Source of the DNA: an uncultured Eubacteriales bacterium
GTDB taxonomy: Bacteria; Bacillota; Clostridia; Oscillospirales; Oscillospiraceae
Reading direction: 5' to 3'
NCBI GenBank assembly: GCA_900550165.1
Contig: URQY01000004.1
Coordinates: 12,282-76,281, forward strand
DNA length: 64,000 nt
Part shown: piece after piece, positions 38,377 to 47,631 of the stretch
Position numbering within the stretch: the first letter of the stretch is position 1
Layout of the letters: each line of letters begins with the position of its first letter
The notes under the pieces: generated by a model
The model's input: the letters and a program-made list of their open reading frames with translations, nothing else
The model's database searches: none
Told to the model about the DNA's origin: nothing
Made by a program: the position numbers and the translations under genes

Positions 38377-39258
38377 ATGAAAAAATTCGACCCCCGTCTC
38401 CTGCTCATCGTGTCGATGACCGTCTTCGGCACGCTGGGGCTTTTTGTGCGCAATATCTCCGTCTCATCCGGCGAGCTGGCGCTGTACCGCGCTGTGCTGG
38501 CCGCGCTGCTCATCGGCGTCTACCTTCTGGTGAGCCGCCAGCGCATTCCCTTTGCGCGCATTAAAAAAGAGGTGCCGCTGCTGCTCCTCTCCGGCGCGGC
38601 GATGGGCGTGAACTGGATATTGCTCTTCAAGGCCTACCGCTATACGAGCGTCTCCGTCGCCACGCTGAGCTATTACTTTGCACCCGTCATCGTCACGCTC
38701 GTCTGTCCATTGCTGTTCCACGAAAAACTGACGGGGAAAAAGTTTCTCTGCTTCCTCATGTCTACGCTCGGCCTTGTGCTCATCACGGGCCTCGGCGACA
38801 CGCGCGGGACCGACGATCTCAAGGGCATTCTCTTCGGTCTCGGCGCGGCGGGCTTCTACGCGACGGTCATTCTGCTCAACAAGTCCATCCATCAGGTCGA
38901 CGGCATCCACCGCACGTTTTTGCAGTTTTTGTCCGCCATCGTCGTGCTCATCCCCTATGTGCTCTCGACGAGCGGCATTACGCTCGGCTCTCTGAGCGCC
39001 GTCGGCTGGGGGAATCTTCTCATCGTCGGCCTTGTGCACACGGGTGTCACGTACTGCCTGTACTTCTCTTCGCTCAAGGAACTGCCCGGGCAGGAGGCCG
39101 CGATCCTGAGCTATATCGACCCCCTCGTTGCCGTGCTCGTCTCGGTCACGCTGCTGGGCGAGCGCATGAGCGTGACACAGGTCATCGGCGGCGCGCTGAT
39201 CTTAGGCTTCACGCTCTTAAACGAGCTCTCCCCCGCGCCGAAGGCGGAGAAACAATAA
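38377..39258 (+). CDS. EamA/DMT-family transporter
   Basis: About 10 TM segments in two EamA repeats. Confidence 0.88.
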   Translation: MKKFDPRLLLIVSMTVFGTLGLFVRNISVSSGELALYRAVLAALLIGVYLLVSRQRIPFARIKKEVPLLLLSGAAMGVNWILLFKAYRYTSVSVATLSYYFAPVIVTLVCPLLFHEKLTGKKFLCFLMSTLGLVLITGLGDTRGTDDLKGILFGLGAAGFYATVILLNKSIHQVDGIHRTFLQFLSAIVVLIPYVLSTSGITLGSLSAVGWGNLLIVGLVHTGVTYCLYFSSLKELPGQEAAILSYIDPLVAVLVSVTLLGERMSVTQVIGGALILGFTLLNELSPAPKAEKQ

Positions 39259-39322
39259 AGGCAGCAAGCGCTGCACCAAACAAAAAGGAAGGGCCTGAGA
39301 GCTTTGCTCTCAGGTCCTTCCT

Positions 39323-40057
39323 CTAATCCAGAAACTCCTGCGGGTCGCAGGGCACCCCGTTCTGTGTCACGGCAAAGTGCAGATGCGCGGGGACGGCAAA
39401 CTCGGCGATGGACGTGCAGCCCACCGAACCGATGACCTCGCCCGCGGAAACCTGCTGTCCCTCGCTCACGGTCGGAACACTCTGGAGATTCGAGTAGATC
39501 GTCTCGTAGCCGTCATCGTGCGCGATGGTCACGCTTGTGCCCATCAGATCGTCGTCGATGACCTGCGTCACCGTGCCGCTGCACGCGGCGAGCACCTGCG
39601 TGCCGACCTCGGCGGCAATATCAACGCCGTCGTGCGTGCGCCAGTCGCCGAGCGTTTCGTTATATTTGAGCTCGTCGACCGAGAAGGCCGCGACCTCCTC
39701 CCCCACGAGCGGCGCGACCACGAGCCGCGGCGCCTCGGGCGTCACGTCCGTCGTGCTCTCCATGGCGGGGATGGTGTCTTCCGCGCCCGCTGCCTCGTTC
39801 ATCGCGGCGAGGTCCTCCTTCGGCTCGGGCGGGAGCAGGTCGTCCTCGTCGAAGTCCGCCTCCGGCATTTCTACCGGCTCCTGCACAGGCACCTCCGCCT
39901 GCGCGGAGACGTTCTCCGCGTCCTTGTCCGTCGTATTTTTCGGCAGCAGCGTCCAATAGCCCGCGACGGCCAGCGCCGTCACTCCGAGGAACAGGGCTAT
40001 GTATAAGCCCGTCCCGCCGAAGGAATGCCGCTTTCCGCGGCCGTTCGATGAAGTCAT
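39323..40057 (-). CDS. M23 peptidase, SpoIIQ-like
   Basis: N-terminal TM, acidic linker, HDGVD and HLH zinc motifs; sigma-F-like promoter upstream. Confidence 0.75.
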   Translation of the reverse strand: MTSSNGRGKRHSFGGTGLYIALFLGVTALAVAGYWTLLPKNTTDKDAENVSAQAEVPVQEPVEMPEADFDEDDLLPPEPKEDLAAMNEAAGAEDTIPAMESTTDVTPEAPRLVVAPLVGEEVAAFSVDELKYNETLGDWRTHDGVDIAAEVGTQVLAACSGTVTQVIDDDLMGTSVTIAHDDGYETIYSNLQSVPTVSEGQQVSAGEVIGSVGCTSIAEFAVPAHLHFAVTQNGVPCDPQEFLD

Positions 40058-40177
40058 GTCGTTTCCTTTCCGCCGCGCGCATACGCGGCTCCCGCAAAAT
40101 TCCACGAGCCATGAAAAAAAGCTCTGACGGTAGTGTGTACCGTCAGAGCTTTTTCTAAACCTGCTTCGATCTCTTTT

Positions 40178-41692
40178 TTAGCGCACGATGAGCGTTTTGC
40201 CGTCCATTTCCCCGGGCTGCTCAAGGCCCATCACATCAAGGATGGTCGGCGCGATGTCGGCGAGCCTGCCCTCGCGCAGCTCGGTGCCCGCGCCGCAGAG
40301 GATGAAGGGCACCACATTCGTCGTGTGTGCGGTCATGGGGCTCTTGCCGTCCGCCTGGAGCATCTGCTCGGCGTTGCCGTGGTCGGCGGTGATCATCGCG
40401 ATGCCGCCCATCTTGAGCGTGGCCTCCACGACCTTGCCGACGCACTCGTCGACCGTTTCGACGGCCTTGACCGCCGCGTCGAACACACCCGTGTGGCCGA
40501 CCATGTCGCAGTTGGCAAAGTTCAGGATGATGACGTCGTACTTGCCGGACTCGATGCGCTGGGCGCACTTGTCGGCAACCTCGTAGGCGCTCATCTCGGG
40601 CTGGAGGTCGTAGGTCGCGACCTTCGGGGACGCGACGAGCACGCGGTCCTCGCCGGGATACGGCTCCTCGACACCGCCGTTGAAGAAGAACGTGACATGG
40701 GCGTACTTCTCGGTCTCGGCGATGCGGAGCTGGGTCATGCCCATCTTGCTCAGGTACTCGCCAAGGCCGTTTTTCACGCTGATGCGCGGGAAGGCAACGA
40801 GCACGTTCGGCATGGTGGCGTCGTACTCGGTGTTGCAGACATAGGTGAGCGGGAAGAACTCGCGCTTGAAGCCGTCGAATGCGGGGTCGACGAACGCGCG
40901 CGTGATCTCGCGGGCGCGGTCGGGGCGGTAGTTGAAGAAGATGACCGAGTCGTTGTCGGAGATCATGCCGTCCTTGTCGCAGACGATGGGCTCGACGAAT
41001 TCGTCCGTCACGCCGTTTTTATAGCTCTCCTCGATGGCGTGGATGGGGTCGCTGTCCTGCACGCCCTCGCCGTAGACGAGCGCGTCGTAGGCGTTCTCGA
41101 GGCGGTCCCAGCGCTTGTCGCGGTCCATCGCGTAGTAGCGGCCCATGACCGTCGCGATCTTGCCGACACCGATCTCCTTGCACTTTTCCATGGTCTTCGC
41201 CACAAAGTCGCGGCCGGAGGTCGGGGGCGTGTCGCGCCCGTCGAGGAAGGCGTGGATGTAGACGCGCTTTAAGCCCTTGATGTGCGCCATCTTCAAAAGC
41301 GCATAGAGGTGGTCGAGCGTGGAGTGCACGCCGCCCGTGGAATGCAGACCGTAGAGGTGCAGCGCCGAGCCCTTTTCCAGGCACTCGTCCATCGCCTTGT
41401 TGTAGGCGGGGTTTTCAAAGAATGTGCCGTCCTCGATGGAGCGGGTGATGCGCGGCAGGTCCTGGAACACGACGCGGCCGCCGCCGATATTGGTGTGGCC
41501 GACCTCGCTGTTGCCCATCTGACCGGCGGGCAGGCCCACGTCAAGGCCGGAGGCCTGGAGCGTGGTGTGGGCGTACTCGGCAAACAGGCCGTCGAGCACG
41601 GGGGTGTTGGCCGCGCGGACCGCGTTGCCAACGGTATCGTTGGACAGGCCGAAGCCGTCCATGATGATCAAGGTGGTTGGCGTTTTATTCAT
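40178..41692 (-). CDS. gpmI: 2,3-BPG-independent phosphoglycerate mutase
   Basis: MGNSEVGH, GRYYAMDRD, ETEKYAHVT. Confidence 0.96.
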   Translation of the reverse strand: MNKTPTTLIIMDGFGLSNDTVGNAVRAANTPVLDGLFAEYAHTTLQASGLDVGLPAGQMGNSEVGHTNIGGGRVVFQDLPRITRSIEDGTFFENPAYNKAMDECLEKGSALHLYGLHSTGGVHSTLDHLYALLKMAHIKGLKRVYIHAFLDGRDTPPTSGRDFVAKTMEKCKEIGVGKIATVMGRYYAMDRDKRWDRLENAYDALVYGEGVQDSDPIHAIEESYKNGVTDEFVEPIVCDKDGMISDNDSVIFFNYRPDRAREITRAFVDPAFDGFKREFFPLTYVCNTEYDATMPNVLVAFPRISVKNGLGEYLSKMGMTQLRIAETEKYAHVTFFFNGGVEEPYPGEDRVLVASPKVATYDLQPEMSAYEVADKCAQRIESGKYDVIILNFANCDMVGHTGVFDAAVKAVETVDECVGKVVEATLKMGGIAMITADHGNAEQMLQADGKSPMTAHTTNVVPFILCGAGTELREGRLADIAPTILDVMGLEQPGEMDGKTLIVR

Positions 41693-41714
41693 AAGATGAT
41701 CTCCTTTTTGCTCC

Positions 41715-42488
41715 TTAGTCCTGATTGGCGGCGTGGACGATCTCCATCAGCGCCGGTGCCTCGAGCGACGCGCCGCCGACAAGACCGCCGTCGATATCCT
41801 CGTGCGCGAGCAGCTCGCGGGCATTGTCCGGCTTCATCGAGCCGCCATACTGGATGGTCACGCTGCGGGCCACGCGCGCGCCGTACTGCGCGCGGATCAG
41901 CGCGCGGATGGCGGTGCAGACCTCGCTGGCCTGCTCGGGCGTCGCGGTCTTGCCGGTGCCGATGGCCCAGATGGGCTCATAGGCGATGACACAGCGGCGC
42001 ATCTGCTCGGCGGCAACGCCGGAAAGCGCAGACTTGACCTGGAGCGCGATAAGCTCCATCGTCACGCCCATCTCGCGCTGCTCCAGGCTCTCGCCCACGC
42101 AGATGATGGGATTCAGGCCCGCGTCGAGCGCGGCGTGGACCTTCTTGTTCACGACCTCGTCGGTCTCGCCGAAGAGAGCGCGGCGCTCGCTGTGGCCGAC
42201 GATGACATAGCGCACGCCCAGATCGGCGAGCATATCGGCGGACACCTCGCCGGTGTAGGCGCCGCTCTTTTCAAAGTAGACGTTCTGCGCGCCCACGGCG
42301 ATGCGGCTGTCCTTGAAGGCGCGCACGGCGGCGGAGAGGTCCGCCGCGGGAACGCACACGACAATGTCACACCACTTCGTCTTGGGAAGCAGGGCCTTGA
42401 ACTCCTCGGCAAACGCCTTGGTCTCGCTGGGAGTCTTGTTCATTTTCCAGTTGCCTGCGATGATGGTCTTACGGTATCTGCGATTCAT
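41715..42488 (-). CDS. tpiA: Triosephosphate isomerase
   Basis: AGNWKMN, GHSERR, AYEPIWAIGTG. Confidence 0.97.
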   Translation of the reverse strand: MNRRYRKTIIAGNWKMNKTPSETKAFAEEFKALLPKTKWCDIVVCVPAADLSAAVRAFKDSRIAVGAQNVYFEKSGAYTGEVSADMLADLGVRYVIVGHSERRALFGETDEVVNKKVHAALDAGLNPIICVGESLEQREMGVTMELIALQVKSALSGVAAEQMRRCVIAYEPIWAIGTGKTATPEQASEVCTAIRALIRAQYGARVARSVTIQYGGSMKPDNARELLAHEDIDGGLVGGASLEAPALMEIVHAANQD

Positions 42489-42576
42489 ATTGGGTCTTTT
42501 CTCCTGTTACTACTGTAAAAAATCAAATGATATAGGGATCTATCTCGATCGGGCGGCACGGCCGTCCGGTTTCGCC

Positions 42577-43845
42577 TTATTTGTCGAGCAGGCACGCAAC
42601 GCCCGGCAGCTCCTTGCCCTCCAGGAATTCGAGCGAAGCGCCGCCGCCGGTGGAGATGTGCGTGATCTTGTCGGCAAAGCCGAGCTGCTCGGCTGCCGCC
42701 GCGCTGTCGCCGCCGCCGATGATCGTGACCGCGCCGCTCTCGGCCAGCGCCTTGGCCATGGCCTTGGTGCCGTTTGCAAAGGCCGGGAACTCGAAAACGC
42801 CCATGGGTCCGTTCCACACGATCGTGCCCGCGCCCTTCGTGGCCGCGCAGAAAAGCTCGACCGTCTTCGGCCCGATGTCCATGCCCATCATGTCGGCGGG
42901 AATGTGCATCGCGTCGACGACGTGGGGCTCGGCGTCCGCGGAAAACTCCGCCGCCGCGACCGCATCGACCGGCAGCAGGAGCCTGACGCCCTTGGCCTTG
43001 GCCTTTTCGATCATTTCGAGCGCGTAGGCGCACTTGTCCTCTTCCAAAAGCGACTTGCCGATCTCGCCGCCCTGCGCCTTGGAGAAGGTGTAGGACATAC
43101 CGCCGCCGATGATGACGGTGTCGGCCTTGTCGAGCAGGTTGTTGATGACGGCGATCTTGTCGCTCACCTTTGCGCCGCCGAGCACGGCGACAAACGGGCG
43201 CTTGGGATCGTCGAGCGCCTTGCCCATGACCTCGAGTTCCTTGGCCACAAGCAGGCCGGACACGGCGGGAAGATAGGCCGCCACGCCTGCGGTGGAAGCG
43301 TGCGCGCGGTGCACCGTGCCGAACGCGTCGGAGACGTACAGCTCCGCCATCGAAGCAAGGGCCTTGGCGAGCTCGGGGTCGTTTTTCGTCTCGCCCGGCT
43401 CAAAGCGGGTGTTTTCCAGCAGCATGATCTCGCCGCCCTTGAGCGCCGCGGCCTTGGCCCTGGCGTCCTCGCCGACGACGTCGTGCGCAAAGATGACCTC
43501 TTTGCCCAGAAGCTCGGAAAGGCGCTCGGCAACGGGGGCAAGCGTCAGCTTCTTCAGGGACTTCTGCCACTTTTCCTCGGTCAGCGACGCGGGGTCCTTG
43601 CCCTTTTCGGTCTGCTTTTTCACCCATTTTTCAAACTTGGGCTCGGGCTTGCCGAGGTGCGAGCAGGCGATGACCGCCGCGCCGCGGTCGAACAGATACC
43701 GGATGGTCGGAAGAGCGGCCACGATGCGCTTATCCGAGGTAATCGCGCCGGTCTCCTTGTCCTGGGGCACGTTGAAGTCGCAGCGCAGCAGGACCTTCTT
43801 GCCGCTCACGTCCACATCGCAGACGGTCTTCTTGTTATAATTCAT
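42577..43845 (-). CDS. pgk: Phosphoglycerate kinase
   Basis: [26 protein letters not shown]. Confidence 0.97.
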   Translation of the reverse strand: MNYNKKTVCDVDVSGKKVLLRCDFNVPQDKETGAITSDKRIVAALPTIRYLFDRGAAVIACSHLGKPEPKFEKWVKKQTEKGKDPASLTEEKWQKSLKKLTLAPVAERLSELLGKEVIFAHDVVGEDARAKAAALKGGEIMLLENTRFEPGETKNDPELAKALASMAELYVSDAFGTVHRAHASTAGVAAYLPAVSGLLVAKELEVMGKALDDPKRPFVAVLGGAKVSDKIAVINNLLDKADTVIIGGGMSYTFSKAQGGEIGKSLLEEDKCAYALEMIEKAKAKGVRLLLPVDAVAAAEFSADAEPHVVDAMHIPADMMGMDIGPKTVELFCAATKGAGTIVWNGPMGVFEFPAFANGTKAMAKALAESGAVTIIGGGDSAAAAEQLGFADKITHISTGGGASLEFLEGKELPGVACLLDK

Positions 43846-43917
43846 GTTGTTTCCTCCTCATCATATACACAAATACGATTTGGTCTTCTACCGCTTTTCG
43901 CCGCCCCCGGTCTTCGC

Positions 43918-44415
43918 TCAGGGCTGCCGCTCCAGCATCTCGCCCTCGTGCTTGAGGCCGGGAAATCCGGTCTGCCGCAGCGCCTCATAGGTCAGGATCG
44001 CCACGGAGTTGGAAAGATTCAGGCTGCGCGCCTCTTTTCGCATCGGCAGGCGGATGCAGCGCTCGTAATGCGCGGTGCGGAAGTCCTCGGGAAGACCCGC
44101 CGTCTCCTTTCCGAAAAAGAGCCAGCAGCCGTCGCGGAATTCTGCCTGACAGTAATCCTGCGGGGCCTTGGTCGTGGCGAGCCAGCAGTCGCGCTCCGCT
44201 TCGGGGTGCTTTTGGAAAAGATCGGCCAGATTTTCATACACGCTGATCTCCACAAGATACCAGTAGTCCAGTCCCGCGCGCTTGACGGCACGGTCGGAAA
44301 TGTCGAACCCAAGGGGCTTGATGAGGTGCAGATGCGCCCCCGTTGCCGCACAGGTGCGCGCGATATTGCCGCAGTTCTGCGGGATCTCCGGCTCCACGAG
44401 CACGATGTTGAGCAT
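43918..44415 (-). CDS. trmL: tRNA (cytidine/uridine-34-2'-O)-methyltransferase
   Basis: PEIPQNCGNIARTC, RAGLDYW, FGKETAGL, RSLNLSN. Confidence 0.92.
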   Translation of the reverse strand: MLNIVLVEPEIPQNCGNIARTCAATGAHLHLIKPLGFDISDRAVKRAGLDYWYLVEISVYENLADLFQKHPEAERDCWLATTKAPQDYCQAEFRDGCWLFFGKETAGLPEDFRTAHYERCIRLPMRKEARSLNLSNSVAILTYEALRQTGFPGLKHEGEMLERQP

Positions 44416-44626
44416 AATGGCGTCTCCTCCACGCGAAAGTTTAATTATTGTACCGCAAAAATATTGCGAATTCAACCTAAAATGCAGCCTTTTGAAACGA
44501 AATTTCCAAATCGGCGCGCCAAGCGGCCCAAAGCGAAAAAAGTTTTTGTCTTTTTTGCGAGAAAAGGTGGATTTTTTGATTCTCTTTGATATAATACCCG
44601 TAAAGAATGACTTTCGATGAAAGGAG

Positions 44627-45775
44627 ATGTCTCCAATGGATCAGAAGCTGGCCGTCCTGTTCATGCCGGACGATATGACCCTGACAAAAGAGAAAACGCC
44701 GCTGATGCTCAGGCCCATTCTGTTCTGCCCCATCCTCACGTGGATGATCGACGAGCTGATGGGACAGGGCATTGAGCGGTTTTTTATTGTGTCCGACGTG
44801 CGCGCGCACGACACGATGCGCCCCTACGTCTCCGAACAGGCCGACGTCACCTATGTTGACGGCGCCCGGCACGGCGAAGAGCTGCTGAAGCTCCTGAAAA
44901 ACGAGAAGGGCAGCGTGCTCATCGTCAACGGCGCGGTGTTGCCGGTCGGCGTGTTCTCCGGCGGCGCGGTCTACTCGGCCGAGGCAAAAGAGTGCTGCAA
45001 GGTGCTCAAAGAGCACGGCGCGTTCGCGGCCTTCCCCAAGGGGGCGGAGATCAGCAAGGGCTTCCTTCCCGTCGGCGACGATGAGGAGCTGCGCTCCGCG
45101 CAGGATATGTGCCGCCGCAAGATCGCCGACAGGCATTTTGCCGCGGGCGTTTCCATCATGGATGTGAACAACACCTACATTGACCCCCGCGTGAAGATCG
45201 GCAGCGGCACGGTCATCCTCCCCGGCACCATCCTGCGCGGCAACACGGTCATCGGCAAAAACTGCACCATCGGCCCGAACGCCATGATCCGCGACTGCAC
45301 GATCGGCGACGAGACCGAGGTGAACACCTCGCAGCTCAATGAGAGCACCGTCGGCGCGCACACGACCGTCGGTCCCTTTGCCTACGTCCGTCCGAACTCG
45401 AAGATCGGCGACCATGTCAAGGTCGGCGACTTTGTCGAGATCAAAAACAGCGTCATCGGCAACGGCACGAAGATCTCGCACCTCACCTACGTCGGCGACA
45501 GCGATTGCGGCGAGCGCATCAACTTCGGCTGCGGCACGGTCACGACGAATTACGACGGCTTTAAAAAGTTCCGCTGCACGATCGGCGACGACGCTTTCAT
45601 CGGCTGCAACACAAACCTCATCGCCCCCGTCACGGTCGGAAACGGCAGCTACATCGCCGCCGGCTCCACCATCACCGACGAGGTGCCCGCCGATTCCCTC
45701 GCCATCGCGCGCGAGCGTCAGGTCAACAAGCCCGGCTGGGCGGAACAGTGGCGCGCGGCACACGAGAAAAAGTAA
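44627..45775 (+). CDS. glmU: GlmU-like protein: intact acetyltransferase (LbH) domain, degenerate uridyltransferase domain
   Basis: GPFAYVRP, GDFVEIK, HLTYVGD, NYDG; glmU-prs synteny; no LAAGxGTRM motif. Confidence 0.8.
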   Translation: MSPMDQKLAVLFMPDDMTLTKEKTPLMLRPILFCPILTWMIDELMGQGIERFFIVSDVRAHDTMRPYVSEQADVTYVDGARHGEELLKLLKNEKGSVLIVNGAVLPVGVFSGGAVYSAEAKECCKVLKEHGAFAAFPKGAEISKGFLPVGDDEELRSAQDMCRRKIADRHFAAGVSIMDVNNTYIDPRVKIGSGTVILPGTILRGNTVIGKNCTIGPNAMIRDCTIGDETEVNTSQLNESTVGAHTTVGPFAYVRPNSKIGDHVKVGDFVEIKNSVIGNGTKISHLTYVGDSDCGERINFGCGTVTTNYDGFKKFRCTIGDDAFIGCNTNLIAPVTVGNGSYIAAGSTITDEVPADSLAIARERQVNKPGWAEQWRAAHEKK

Positions 45776-45812
45776 CTTCAGAAAATTTTTATAAACAGAG
45801 GAGTACATCAAC

Positions 45813-46781
45813 ATGATCTCTCACGGTAAGGACATCAAGATTTTCACCGGCAACGCAAACCCCAAACTGGCAGCGGACATCTGCAAGATCATCGGCACCA
45901 AGCTCGGCGAGAGCGAGGTCAAGAGCTTCGCAGACGGCGAGGCCTCCGTCTCCCTGTACGAGACCGTGCGCGGCAGCGACGTGTTCCTCGTTCAGTCCAC
46001 CTGCAAGCCCGTCAACGACAGTCTGATGGAGCTGCTCATCATGGTCGACGCCTGCCGCCGCGCTTCCGCCGGCCGCATCACCGCCGTCATGCCCTACTTC
46101 GGCTACGCCCGTCAGGACCGCAAGGCCAAGAGCCGCGACCCCATCTCCGCAAAGCTTGTGGCCAATATGCTCGTCGCCGCCGGCGTTGACCGCGTGCTGA
46201 CCATGGACCTGCACGCCAACCAGATCCAGGGCTTCTTCGATATCCCCGTGGATAACCTCTTCGGCAACCCCATCTTCGTCGATTACTACGCCAAGAAGTT
46301 CGGCTCCGTATGCGAGGACATGGTCGTCGTCTCCCCCGACGTCGGCTCCGTCGCCCGCGCCCGCACCTTCGCCCAGAAGCTGCACATGAATCTCGCCATC
46401 GTCGACAAGCGCCGCCAGAAGGCCAACCAGTGCGAGGTCATGAACGTCATCGGCGACGTGGAGGGCAAGGAGTGCATCCTCTTCGACGATATGGTCGATA
46501 CCGCCGGCTCCCTCTGCAACGCGGCCAAGGCCATCGTTGAGGTCGGCGGCGCGAAGAAGGTCTACGCCTGCGCGTCCCACGGCGTTCTCTCCGGCCCCGC
46601 GCTCGAGCGCCTCGCCAACAGCAACATCGAAGAGCTCGCTCTGCTCGACACCATCCCCGCCCCCGTCGGCGAGGAAGAGCTCAAGAAGTCCCGCATCAAG
46701 TACCTGACCGTCGCGCCCATGTTCGCCGAAGCGATCGAGCGCACCTATCAGGAGATCTCCATCGCGAAGCTCTTTAACTAA
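45813..46781 (+). CDS. prs: Ribose-phosphate pyrophosphokinase
   Basis: PYFGYARQDRK, DLHANQIQGFF, DDMVDTAGS. Confidence 0.97.
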   Translation: MISHGKDIKIFTGNANPKLAADICKIIGTKLGESEVKSFADGEASVSLYETVRGSDVFLVQSTCKPVNDSLMELLIMVDACRRASAGRITAVMPYFGYARQDRKAKSRDPISAKLVANMLVAAGVDRVLTMDLHANQIQGFFDIPVDNLFGNPIFVDYYAKKFGSVCEDMVVVSPDVGSVARARTFAQKLHMNLAIVDKRRQKANQCEVMNVIGDVEGKECILFDDMVDTAGSLCNAAKAIVEVGGAKKVYACASHGVLSGPALERLANSNIEELALLDTIPAPVGEEELKKSRIKYLTVAPMFAEAIERTYQEISIAKLFN

Positions 46782-46815
46782 AATTCCTTCCCCGCTCTGT
46801 GTGGGGATGGCGCTC

Positions 46816-46855
46816 AAGGGGGGTGTTCTCTTTTGTAAAAGAGAGCACCCCCTTT
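46816..46855. repeat. REP-like palindrome, copy 1
   Basis: AAGGGGGGTGTTCTCTTTTGTAAAAGAGAGCACCCCCTTT. Confidence 0.75.
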
Positions 46856-46907
46856 CCCCGCGCGGCGCGCGGGCAAAAACTCTCCCTGGAAAAGTGAGGA
46901 ACCTCCT

Positions 46908-47489
46908 ATGATCTTTAAGAAGTCCGGCCCACCGGAATGGCTGCTCGTCTGTCTGGGCAATTACGGCAAGGAATACGAAAACACCCGCCACAACATCGGC
47001 TTCATGGCCGCGGAGCGTCTGATCGACAAGCGCGATCTTCGCTGCAACCGCTTGCGCTTCCGCGCGCTGACCGAGGTCATCGAATTCGGCGGGGCGAACG
47101 TGCTTTTGATGATGCCGCAGACGTATATGAACCTCTCGGGTGAGGCTGTCGGCGAGGCAGCGCGCTTTTACAAAATCCCCGCCGATCACGTCATCGTCAT
47201 CTCCGACGATATCTCCCTCCCGCTCGGCAAGGTCCGCGTGCGCGGCAGCGGCAGCGCGGGCGGGCACAACGGTCTCAAGAACATCATCGCCCACCTCGGC
47301 ACCGACAAGTTCCCGCGCGTGAAGGTCGGCGTCGGCGCGCCGGAGCACGACATCGTCGACTGGGTCATCGGCCCGTTCTCCGCCCCCGAACGCAAGGTCA
47401 TCGACGGCGTGCTCGACCGCGTGCTCGAGGCTGCCGAGTGCATCATCACCGACGGCGTGCTCGCCGCGCAGAATCGCTGCAACGGCTGA
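46908..47489 (+). CDS. pth: Peptidyl-tRNA hydrolase
   Basis: TRHNIGF, TYMNLSG, GGHNG. Confidence 0.95.
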   Translation: MIFKKSGPPEWLLVCLGNYGKEYENTRHNIGFMAAERLIDKRDLRCNRLRFRALTEVIEFGGANVLLMMPQTYMNLSGEAVGEAARFYKIPADHVIVISDDISLPLGKVRVRGSGSAGGHNGLKNIIAHLGTDKFPRVKVGVGAPEHDIVDWVIGPFSAPERKVIDGVLDRVLEAAECIITDGVLAAQNRCNG

Positions 47490-47631
47490 GCGCTTTTACC
47501 GCTAAAATTTATAAAATCGCCATAGACTTTTTGCGAAAAGCTCATATAATATCATCATAACATTTCGGGTGCGACCCGCCGCGTGCGCGGCGGATCGGCC
47601 CTTTTGCGCGTTGCGGAAGGAGGGGAACGGC

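Noticed and set aside
42301..44589. 762-aa ORF antisense to pgk/trmL
   Set aside because: Shadow ORF
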